Source of the DNA: Nemertoderma westbladi
Lineage: Eukaryota > Animalia > Xenacoelomorpha
Assembly: GCA_032718475.1 (NCBI GenBank)
Contig: JAUCBJ010002983.1
Span: 1-64,000, forward strand
Length of the DNA stretch: 64,000 nt
Reading direction: 5' to 3'
Position numbers and translations under genes: made by a program. Positions 42,798 through 53,082 of the stretch are shown piece after piece (positions within the stretch are counted from its first letter, which is position 1; the number at the start of each line of letters is the position of its first letter). Under the pieces are notes generated by a model. It was given only the letters and a program-made list of their open reading frames with translations, made no database searches and was not told the DNA's origin.

Positions 42798-44003
42798 ATG
42801 TCTCAGAAAGACTCGACTGCTGCCGGGGGGAATGGACGTCGCACTAGTATCGGATCTAAAAAAGATCCGGTGAGCAAGAACTCGACGAAACGGCCGTCGG
42901 TGGCGGTTCTACCGGAAGAAATCGAAGTCAGCTGTTCGGGAACAACGTGTGACACTGCTGTGGTATGTATTACGAAAACCTCCATAGACTTCAACAAAGT
43001 GCAGTTTTATTGTGGCCAGTGCTCCGCCAGACATATATCCCGACTAACGGACGGAATAACAGAGATGGAGTCTCGTCTACAAGCCGAGATCGATAAAATC
43101 TCACAAGTAGCCAACGACGCGAAGCAATATAAAGACTGTATGGATCGGTTGCGGTCTTCGGTAAATACTTCTATTAAATCAATGCGCACAGAATTCAACG
43201 ACGAAATCGACGATATAAAGAGCGAAGCTCAAAAAACTGTAGACGAGATGGTAACTATTAAAGAAGTGTTATCGGATGAATCATCCACTGAAATCCAGGA
43301 AGTCGACTCTTCGTGGGCCACCATAGTTCAGCGAAAGCGCAAAAACGTTGTTGACCCAGAGAAGAAGAATTCCTACGCCGGGGTAACCATCAGCAGGAGC
43401 ATTCCTGTAGTAGCTATTACACGGGAGGTACAAAACGAAACCCGCTTACAAACTGAGAGAATGGACAACCTCGTAATATCAAGGATATTCTCTCCTGACG
43501 CGATTAGCGATAAAGATACTGTTGTCGATATCGCGGCCGAAGTAGGGGTGGATTTGTCTGAGGGTATCGTCAGTCTTAAACGAATAAAGGTACCTGCAGC
43601 TGGTTCCGGTGATACCCGAAAGAAAATGATAGCGACTCTGAATCCTGATAAGCGCATACAACTACTAAAAGCAGCAAAAAAACTAAGGAACTCGGAACGG
43701 TTCAGGACAGTCTATATAAATCCCGATTACACTCGCGCCCAAGCCCACGAGCAGTACGTGCTTAGAATAACTCTAAAAAAGAAGCGCTCAGAGGAACCTA
43801 ACAAACAATGGGTCATATATCGCAACAACATCATCGAACGGGCGGCCGTAGACTCCACCAACGCTGTCGCTAGACCAACTACTGGTAATATCTCACGAGC
43901 AAACTCACACGTAGTACCTACATCCCCATTTGAACTTGACGGAGTGCATACACGAGTTATTCGTCGCAGTGAACATCAACACAATTCGGAACGTGGAGAT
44001 TGA
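42798..44003 (+). CDS. LINE ORF1 (Cys-rich N-terminal region, coiled coil, L1/CR1-type ORF1 C-terminal region)
   Basis: CSGTTC...FYCGQC, a heptad-rich segment, NLVISRI and KKLRNSERFRTVYINPDYT. Confidence 0.85.
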   Translation: MSQKDSTAAGGNGRRTSIGSKKDPVSKNSTKRPSVAVLPEEIEVSCSGTTCDTAVVCITKTSIDFNKVQFYCGQCSARHISRLTDGITEMESRLQAEIDKISQVANDAKQYKDCMDRLRSSVNTSIKSMRTEFNDEIDDIKSEAQKTVDEMVTIKEVLSDESSTEIQEVDSSWATIVQRKRKNVVDPEKKNSYAGVTISRSIPVVAITREVQNETRLQTERMDNLVISRIFSPDAISDKDTVVDIAAEVGVDLSEGIVSLKRIKVPAAGSGDTRKKMIATLNPDKRIQLLKAAKKLRNSERFRTVYINPDYTRAQAHEQYVLRITLKKKRSEEPNKQWVIYRNNIIERAAVDSTNAVARPTTGNISRANSHVVPTSPFELDGVHTRVIRRSEHQHNSERGD

Positions 44004-47000
44004 CTGGATGTTTCAATAGTTAATGATAAGGACAGGGACTCCAATTTATTGGTTAATGTTAAATCTGTTAAGAAATCCGGAGCTACTTCAATTATTCCCG
44101 TAAAGGAAAATATACCCAGTTCACAGTTTGCTAATGATAAAGATATTGAGTCCTGTTTAACTTTAAAGATGCCAATGTCCCCAAAGACAACTGTGCTTCA
44201 GGATAATGTGTTGTGTTTTACCGCTGTTAATGTTAACGGAAATAATCAGAGGTCTACGCCACCAAGGAAAACTATGTTTAATGATAACATGTCGTGTTTA
44301 ACCATTAGGTCAATGTCCCCAAGATTAACTACGGTTAATGATAATGTGTCGTGTTTTACCGCTGTTGGTGTTAATGAAAATGATCAGGGGTCAATGACCC
44401 TCCCGGGCCTCCCCCCTTCTGCGGTTACCAGTAAAATCAGTATATTACTGTATAATGCACAGTCTGTGAACAACAAAGCAGAATTTATTAAAGACTACAT
44501 TCTGGAGAATACCATTGATATAACTGCCATCACTGAGACTTGGTTGACAGGTACAATCCAGGATCATGTGGTCATAAATGATATCTGTCCTAGGGGTAGC
44601 TCTATAAAACACATTCCAAGAACCAGAACAAGAGGCGGTGGCGTGGCCTGTATCCATCGCGACTCCCTGAGCATGAAGGTCAGTCCTTCTGATGGTTCAA
44701 CATATCCAACCTTTGAGTACATGGAGCTGACCCTACGCCACTCGGGGTCCTTAATTAGGATATTCATTATATACCGGACCTGCCCAAGCCCAGCTAACGG
44801 TTTCACATATACACAATTTCTAGACCAATTTGCCGATTTGCTTCAGAATCTGATAACTTCCTCCGGTAGGCTAATTATAATTGGCGATTTCAACTTCCAT
44901 GTTGACAACAATTGCAATGCGGAAGCCTGCAAATTTCTCGAGATTGTTAGCTGCTTCGGACTCACACAGCATGTAGAGGAACCAACACATCGACACAGAC
45001 ACACCCTTGATCTGATCTTAACCTACTCTGAGGACTTGCAACTCGTTGATAATATTTGTGTACATGACATTGGGCTTTCTGATCACTTCGCAGTCAGCTT
45101 TAATTTGAACTTGTCAAAGCCTCCACTAGTACCCTGTGTGACATCCTACAGAGATACGAAATCGACTAACTGGTGTGACCTTCGCACTGATATTGAATCA
45201 TCACTATTATGCCGATGTCCTGCAACGAATGTCAATGAGTTATCAAGGCAGTACAATGACATTCTATCGTCCCTCTACGAACTTCACGCACCACTTGTTG
45301 AAAAGTGCACGAAATCTCAGCCCATGGCAAAGTGGTACAATAATTCAATAATGGAGGCTAAAAGGAAGCGAAGGAGACTCGAGCGCCGGTATAGAAAGAC
45401 TCAACTTCAGATAGACTGTGATGCTTACAGGCAACAATGTAATGTCGTGGCACAGCTATTAATATCAACAAAAGAGAAATTATACAGGGGTATTATTGAT
45501 TCAAACATTGGTGATAATAGAAAGCTCTTCTCAGTGGTTGACAAAATTCTTCACCGTAAAAGTAATGTCCTACCGACTCATGACTCTGCATATGAGTTAG
45601 CTGAAAGGTTTGCAGTCTACTTCGACAAAAAGATTGAAAATATTCGCGATGAAATGCTGGGTGTTGATATCGAACTTCGACAAAATCTGCCAAATCAGAC
45701 TATGAACTGCGGAAGTGCTGAATCTGAGGTTGGGGCCAAGGTAGCCCCTGATGAAGAGTATTGTAGCCCAACTGACTCTCAATTCTCTTTTTCAGTACCA
45801 AAACTTGATCACTTCGAGGAAATATCAACTGATGATGTCGCCAAGCTTATCAAAGATTCAAAACCCAAATCCAGTCCCCGTGATCCACTCCCTACACATA
45901 TTGTGAAGCAATACCTTACAACTCTCTTAAGTGTCATTACAATGATAATTAATTTATCACTCACAACTGCTACATTCCCATCATTATTTAAAGAAGCTGT
46001 GCTCAATCCCATTATCAAGAAGCTACGCCTTGACCCCGAGATACTGAAAAACTTTAGACCTGTTTCAAACCTCTTGTTCATTTCGAAGTTAGTTGAAAAA
46101 GCTGTTGCAAACCAACTGATGCTCCATCTGAACTTACATAATCTACACGAGCCTATGCAAAGTGCCTATAGACCATTCCATGGAACCGAAACTGCACTCC
46201 TTAGGGTCAGCGATGAGATTCTGAGGGGAATTGATGATGGTTGTGCAGTACTGTTAATAATGCTCGATCTCAGTGCTGCATTTGATACTGTCGAACACAG
46301 TATCTTATTAAATACTCTGGAACATGAGATCGGCATTGCAGGGACAGCACTAGATTGGTTTCGATCCTACTTGTTGGGCCGCTCACAACATGTACGCATT
46401 AACAACTCATATTCTCAACCTCAGCAATTAAGATACGGCCTCCCACAAGGATCAGTACTTGGCCCAATACTATTTACTATTTATACACGTTCACTCGCAA
46501 ATGTGATAAGGAAATACGGACTGTCCCTACATCTCTACGCAGATGATACTCAAATATACATAACATTTAAGAAATCAAACCTGAATGATGCAGTGGATAT
46601 CACTGAAAAGTGCCTTTCCGAAGTTCGAGCATGGATGGACTCACATCTTTTAAAGATGAACTCAGATAAGACTAAAGTGGTCATGCTGCAGTCGCAATTC
46701 GGTAAACAAGTTGAATCCCCGCACGTGATAATCGGTTCCGAGACTATTGGTTGTAGCGCAACTGCGCGTAATATCGGTGTTGAAATCGATTCTCATCTGA
46801 CACTCCGCAAGCACATTGGAATTACTGTCAGAGAAGCATTCTATCACCTCAGGAATCTTGGAAAAATTAAGCGCTATTTATCCAAAGATAATCTTGAGAT
46901 TTTGATTCATGCGCTTGTCACAAGTAAATTGGACAACTGCAACTCCCTTTATTACGGTCTTCCGACTGATTCCATTAAAAAGCTACAATATGTGCAGAAC

Positions 47001-47384
47001 TGTGCGGCGCGTCTTTTAGTTGGTCTCAAGAAAAGTGACAGGCAACGAATGACCCCTGTACTAATGCGACTACATTGGCTTCCAGTGCAACGTCGGATAG
47101 ACTATAAAATTGCTATGATTACCTACAAGTGTCTGAATGGAACAGCACCAGTATATCTGCGAGATCTACTGTCACCCTACACGCCCTCCCGGTCACTGAA
47201 GTCATCCCACTAGGAACTGCTGGTGATCCCTAGATTCAACATGGTGCACTACGGCAAGCGCGCTTTCTCAGTTGCTGCCCCGACTATTTGGAACAAACTG
47301 CCAATCAACGTTCGACAATCACCAACCATCGCGGTTTTTAAGTCGAGGCTAAAAACACACTACTTCCACCTGGAGTACGAGTAA
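44004..47384 (+). pseudogene. LINE ORF2 (APE plus RT) with one premature TAG at 47211-47213
   Basis: YNAQSVNNK, ITETWL, GDFNFH, TLDLIL, LSDH, NFRPVSNL, LDLSAAFDTVEH, PQGSVLGPILF and YADDTQIY. After the TAG the frame continues for 56 codons of conserved L2 C-terminus to TAA 47382-47384. Confidence 0.92.
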
Positions 47385-48489
47385 ATCTGCATAATCATGT
47401 TCACACGATGTTATCAATGTCCGTTTTTAATTAAACTGTTTTTATCTAATTTTTTAGCAATCCTACATTTTAACAGTGCCATGCGCCTTGCTCTTAATTT
47501 AGGAAAGGCGCTATATAAATATTTTAATTATTATTATTATTATTATTATCTATATATGTGGCCCTACTTCCTTTAATTGAATTAAACATAAATCCCTTAT
47601 TACTTTATAAAGACGATTCTATTATCTATCAGCTGATTATTAATTAGGTTCCGTCTGCGTTTAATTCTTCAGATAAAATAGTATTAGTAGGGTATTCGAG
47701 AAAAAATAGATATAACTTTCTAGTCGCTCGTTTCGTTTCGGGAATTTAGATTTTCTTATGCCTTTCGTGTATTGAGTTTTCACTCAATGACGTGTTTTAA
47801 GTAAATAGAAAGTAGAAACTCAGTACACTTGGACAGGACAGAATATCTGAATTTCAGTCAATCGAAATTTGTGACGAAAGTCGAACTTTCCGATATTTTT
47901 TCTTTATCGAAGACATTTTTTCATCTGGCATCACATTTATGAAACCAGCAATATTGCTCCCCTGGTTTATGAAATATTGAATGTTGGGGGCCAATTATGA
48001 AAAATTTGCATTTTTAACAGCGATTTTGAATAGGAAAAAATAATAAACTAATTGTACGAGGAGTTGAATGAAATCGTTCCGCGCAGAATGAGAATCAACT
48101 AAATACGTTGAAATGGTATGAAAAGTTGAGAATCTTATTTTAATTAATTTAATTTAGTCCGCGTTGCTTATAACTGAAGATTCAAAATTTGAACTTTCGT
48201 ATAATTGTAAAAATCCACGATACGTAATCACATCATTTATCACTGAAATACGACTTTTGGGCGATGAAATCTCGTTACATTTTGTTCGTATGGGTTGCAG
48301 AGTAATATTTAATTTATTTCATTTATCTTTAATTAATCATAATTTTTAATCTTAGTTTGCTATCATATTTTTATTAACTTCTTATACATTAACATTTAGC
48401 TGATCGGTTTCTCTTTGCAATAGTTTTGTATATGATTACGATCTGCAAACAGACAAATATTAGTCTGAGTCCGTCAACTTTACGCGCCG

Positions 48490-49434
48490 ATGGCGTCAAT
48501 GCGACTGCTGACTGTGGTTATTGGAGGGGGGACGGGTTTCATTGGTTCCGCCCTGACCAAAGCGTTAAGAAAACAGGGCCATCGGGTGATAGTGGTGTCC
48601 CGTAGAAATGGGAACAAAGTTCAATTGGACAGGATGTCCTGGACCGAGGTCCAATGCAACGGACTACCTCCTTGCGACGCGGTTATCGGACTACAAGGCG
48701 CCAACGTTATGTCATCCAGATGGAAGACGGTAGTAGACAGTCGCATTCCGACCACTAAGCTACTGGCCTCCGCCATATCGAGATTACATACGCCCCCTAG
48801 TGTGTGGATTTCGGCGTCTGCTATAGGATTCTACCCGCCGAGTTTAACCGCTGTTTACGATGAGGAATCCTCCGGGGGTCATGGCAACCCTTTCGCCGAG
48901 TTGTGCGCCGCGTGGGAGGCGGCTGCTAGGCTACCAGAAAGGGTCGACATCCGCGAACTGACTGCCGAGGATACGAGCATCACCCTGCAGAAACCGCGGA
49001 CGAGACAGGTAATTCTCCGTATCGGTATGGTCCTGGGTCGGGATGGGGGTCTGCTCCGCTCCATGGGGGTCCCCTTCCGTCTGGGTCTGGGCGGGCGGAT
49101 CGGATCCGGATGTCAGTACTTCTCCTGGATCCATCTCGGGGATCTCGTCGATTTGATGGTCTTCGCGTTGGAGCGGGATTCCGTGGACGGGGTTCTGAAC
49201 GCGGTGGCCCCGGGCGTTGCGACCAACGCCGAGCTAACGCGCGCGTTAGCAGCGGCGGTACGACGACCGGCGTTCGTACCGGTACCGGAGTTCGTTGTGC
49301 GACTAGTGTTGGGTCCAACACGCGCCGCCGCTGTGCTACAGGGACAGAATGTTGCTCCTAAACGCGTCAGCGCCTTGGGTTACGAGTTTACTTACGGGAC
49401 TATAGGTAGAGCCCTTAAGGATTTGTATTTGTGA
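48490..49434 (+). CDS. SDR39U1: Epimerase family protein SDR39U1 (TIGR01777-like), single coding exon
   Basis: Rossmann motif GGGTGFIG, GLPPCDAV, SAIGFY, LRIGMVLGRDGG, FRLGLGGRIGSGCQYFSWIH and GVLNAVAP. AATAAA lies at 49438-49443, just after the stop. Confidence 0.93.
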   Translation: MASMRLLTVVIGGGTGFIGSALTKALRKQGHRVIVVSRRNGNKVQLDRMSWTEVQCNGLPPCDAVIGLQGANVMSSRWKTVVDSRIPTTKLLASAISRLHTPPSVWISASAIGFYPPSLTAVYDEESSGGHGNPFAELCAAWEAAARLPERVDIRELTAEDTSITLQKPRTRQVILRIGMVLGRDGGLLRSMGVPFRLGLGGRIGSGCQYFSWIHLGDLVDLMVFALERDSVDGVLNAVAPGVATNAELTRALAAAVRRPAFVPVPEFVVRLVLGPTRAAAVLQGQNVAPKRVSALGYEFTYGTIGRALKDLYL

Positions 49435-49526
49435 GACAATAAAATATTATTGTATTGCGTCACTTAAATTTCATTGAGTTTTTGAGATCTGGGCGAGCCA
49501 TGTAGTGAGTAAAGCCCTATTGGCGT

Positions 49527-52500
49527 TTATGTTAATTCGTTCATTATGTGGCGATTCCTTTGATTAGTGGATCTCCAGACGTTAGACTTGAAGGCTGGCC
49601 CCAATATATACCCTTGACCTGAGAAGTTATTATCCCTTTCCGTTCGAAAATTGCGGTAGAGTTCTAATGCGGCTGGGTTGATAATATTGGGATACTGCTC
49701 ACATATATCTTCGGTGAGGGTTTTGCAGTTGGTAAGGTTGTGAGCCAGGGTAGACGATGCGTTTGTCGGAAGTGATAATAGGCGTTTTAGAAAGGTAGAT
49801 TTAATTTTATCCAGTTCTTTAAGATTTGAGACTGTCAAATGTGGAGCTATTTCCGGGAAAGCGTAAGTTACGGCGGGGTATATTTTCATTTTGAAGATTT
49901 TTACACCAGTTTTGATAGAGACGAGGTTCAGATTTCTCAAGCAGCCTATTAGAGTGTAGGACCGTTGTTTTTTATTCTCAATGTGTTGGGTAAAGCACAA
50001 TGTAGGTTGTAGAGTGACCCCTAGGTAGGTGTACCGGTTAGTTACCTATTTCTATTGGGAGGCCCCCGTATTTGAACACATCACTTAGCCAGTCTTCCAC
50101 CACGCCGAAATTTGATAACTTTTGTTTTATCTAAATTTACATGCATTTTATTTAGTTTACACCACTCATATAGTTGATCTAGCCCAGCTTGGATAGCTTC
50201 TTTTTCTGTAGAATAGAGAACAAGATCATCTGCGAAAAATATAAATAGTAGTGCCGATCCTATACGTCGGAGTAAAGTCGAGAGATCCGCAATAAACATG
50301 ATGAAACCAGTTGGTGAAAAACAGTCACCTTGTAGTATTCCACGTAATTGGACTATTGGTGAAGAGTATTTAATACCATCATAGATTTTAACAGAGTTAT
50401 TAAAGATTGCCCGAATAAGTTGAAATAACTTCCCTTTTATTCCAAATTGTGTGTACATCTTATACAGCAATATATTTCTATCGACCAAGTCGAACGCCTT
50501 ACTGAAGTCAACAAAGACGGCATATACCGGTTTGGAGTTAGTATTATGCACAGTGACATTTACTATTTACAAACTCTATGAATTTCTTAAGTGCCTGCCT
50601 CGTCGACCGCCCGGTAATGAACCCATATTGCTCTGTGGGTAACATAGTCTTTATCTTGGATATAACACGTGCATTTATCATTGATGTAAATATCTTCAAA
50701 AGTACACATATCATGGCCACCCCCTATAGTTTCCGGGGTCACTGTAGCTACCCTTGCCTTTATATAATATTTTTATAATGCTGGTCTTCCAAATCTGGGG
50801 AATGTAACTCACATTCAGACATGTGTTGAACAATAACACTAGGATGGTGATCATGTAAGGTATCACTTGCTTGAAATGTTCATAGAACAGACCATCTGTG
50901 CCGCAAGCTTTCCCATTTGCTGTTCTGTTGATGGCGTTGTTCACCTCTGTTTCACCGAACGGCTGATTATACCAATCGTCCGATTCGTTTTCACCTGGTA
51001 CCGGTGTGAAAAATGGTTGATTTGGTGGTGATTCTGGTGATGTTTCGTTTTGGCCGATAAGAGTTTCAAAATGCTGTTCTAGAATTTTCAGATCTATTGG
51101 AGCTACAGTTGCGACCCTTGCATCTTTCCACAATGACCAAGGGGTTATCTCGGATTGGCGGAGTCTGTTTAGTAGAAGCTCTTCTTTATGTGCTAACATT
51201 TTAACTTTGATAAGACGCTTATATTCTTTCCGAAGAGACCAATAACCTGTAACATTATTGGAGTAGACACGCTGTTCATGCAGGATTGACATGAGTTCAC
51301 GTTTCTTCGACTTGCACTCGTCATCGTACCAGGGTTGATGATGAGAGCGGGATTTATGGTGCTTCTGTGAAGCTGCTGAGATTGTGTTGTTGATATTATC
51401 AACCGCTGTATCTATTTCACCTTCGAGCAGATAGGAAATGATATCATTTTTTCGGAGTTCTTCTTCTAGGATATTAGTGTTTAACTTTCGTGATAGTTGA
51501 GGAGCTGGTTTATCAATATACTCGTTGTTAAAGGCTATAACAATATGTAAATCAACCCGTTGGTGTTTACGAATTGGGTGTAATCTAATAGTTACAGACG
51601 ACGCACGCACCTCAATGTCTGAGGGGACGCGTGTGTAATAGAGATCGATGGTGCTCGTTCCTTGTGGAGAATAGTAAGTACACTCTGAAGATTTGTTTTG
51701 CACCGTAAATCCCAGGATTTGCAGGTTGGTCCTGAGGTCAGTTCCGCGGGTTCCAGTTGCTCTGTCGTCGATTCGACAATTAAAATCACCTCCAAGTATA
51801 ATCGGTACTTCAGGATTAGTGAAGGTAAGCGCCTCGCTGATAGAAAGCAGAATATCCTCTATACTTGTCTCAGGGTTAAAGTAAAAAGCTAGTATGTATG
51901 CAGCATTCGTTCTAAGAACTAAGTAATTGTCAGTTACGGCGATTTCTTTTGGAGAGAGTTCAGGTTTAGCAAGGATTACTAGTCCGCCCTGAGGTCGGCC
52001 CCTTCCTGAATTCCGAGCAGATTGCACGTAAGAGTAAAATCCAGGGAATGAAAACTCTTTTTTGCAATAAAATATCTCAGTTAACAAAAGTAGGTCTGCC
52101 TCCCCAACTACTTCCCGATTACTTAGTGTTTCATGAACATAATTCAACCCTTCTACATTCCAAAGCGCGAGTTTTAGTGATCGCATCGGTGTTTGTTCGG
52201 AGTCTGAGGTACATTGCACATCGGAAACTTCGGTAAGGGGGGATGAACCCGTAGCTTCTACATTCCATAAGCCGATAGGGAGTTGCCGTCAATCATTTTG
52301 CTCGACTGCGGCAGATTGTTGAACATTGCGTGAGGGTCGACTTCTGTAGCCAAATTGGGCGCGTTCCAGATTGCTGAGATGGTAGTTCTTTATTAGTATC
52401 CCATCATCCCATATCTCAGGATTCATTAAAGCGGTGCGGTCACAAGAACAACCGCGCATGGTTTCCACCATATAATTTGCTCCACAACAACCCCGTTTCA

Positions 52501-52600
52501 TGAAAGAATGCAAACTTGCACGTGCAAATATTGCGGTAACAGCGCCGAGGACCTTTACCATGTTCTAGAATGCTCGAGCTCACCTGAACTTTCATCTCTA
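49527..52600 (-). mobile_element. Frameshifted non-LTR retrotransposon (ORF1 C-terminus, APE, RT), RTEX/Proto2-like
   Basis: WNVEGL, GRPQGG, GGDFNCRI, STIDL, KGKGSYSDPGNYRG, FVDFSKAFDLVDR, QGDCFSP, FADDLVL and KTKVIKFRRGGRL. The upstream ORF ends with the ORF1-like motif NPEIWDDGILIKNY. Clade is tentative. Confidence 0.88.
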
Positions 52601-53082
52601 GCGGCACAATAATAGTCTACAATAAAGATAAAGGCCTTAAGAATTGTAAATATAATAAGTCAATAATTTTTTAACAGATTTTTATATGAATGTATAATAT
52701 AAATTGTTTTATTTTATTGAGTATCTTAATGTAAATATTTGAATGAATCGAAATAAAGGTCTCCATTTGCCCCGCGTGGGGGCGCAGTTTAAAAAAAAAA
52801 AAAAATGTTAATTCGTTCATGTGCGTCTTTGCAGGACATTATTCAGAGTCATGTCTGTCGGTAGGCATTGAATTCTACTTATTCTAAATGCTACTGTCTG
52901 CTTACTGTTAAATCCGTGATAGTCATGAAAATACTCCAATAACGGTATTAGCGCTGGGCGGGATCAGTTCAATATGGCGCTGCTACTCGTTTGTAAAAGT
53001 GTTTATTTTAATATTAAGTGAATTTGAATAATGTTATTCTACAATTATATTTATTTGCATCTGGCACTAAACAGAGACAGGC

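Larger units (their letters stand above)
42770..47549 (+). mobile_element. Full-length young L2-clade LINE (ORF1, ORF2, 3' stem-loop, (ATT)n tail)
   Basis: Two long in-frame ORFs, an L2-type C-terminus (GKRAFSVAAPTIWNKLP...FKSRLKTHYF), stem-loop GCGCCTT...AAGGCGC (47483-47511) and (ATT)n at ~47527-47549. The 5' boundary is approximate. Confidence 0.95.

Noticed and set aside
44001-44003. Reassigned genetic code (TGA as Trp) or selenocysteine as the cause of the in-frame TGAs
   Set aside because: SDR39U1 terminates at TGA at the expected C-terminus, conserved Trp residues checked use TGG, and no SECIS-like element was recognised.
48490-49434. Horizontal transfer of a bacterial TIGR01777 gene
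   Set aside because: Segments such as GLPPCDAV and FRLGLGG follow animal SDR39U1. Lack of introns alone is not evidence; a phylogeny would be needed.
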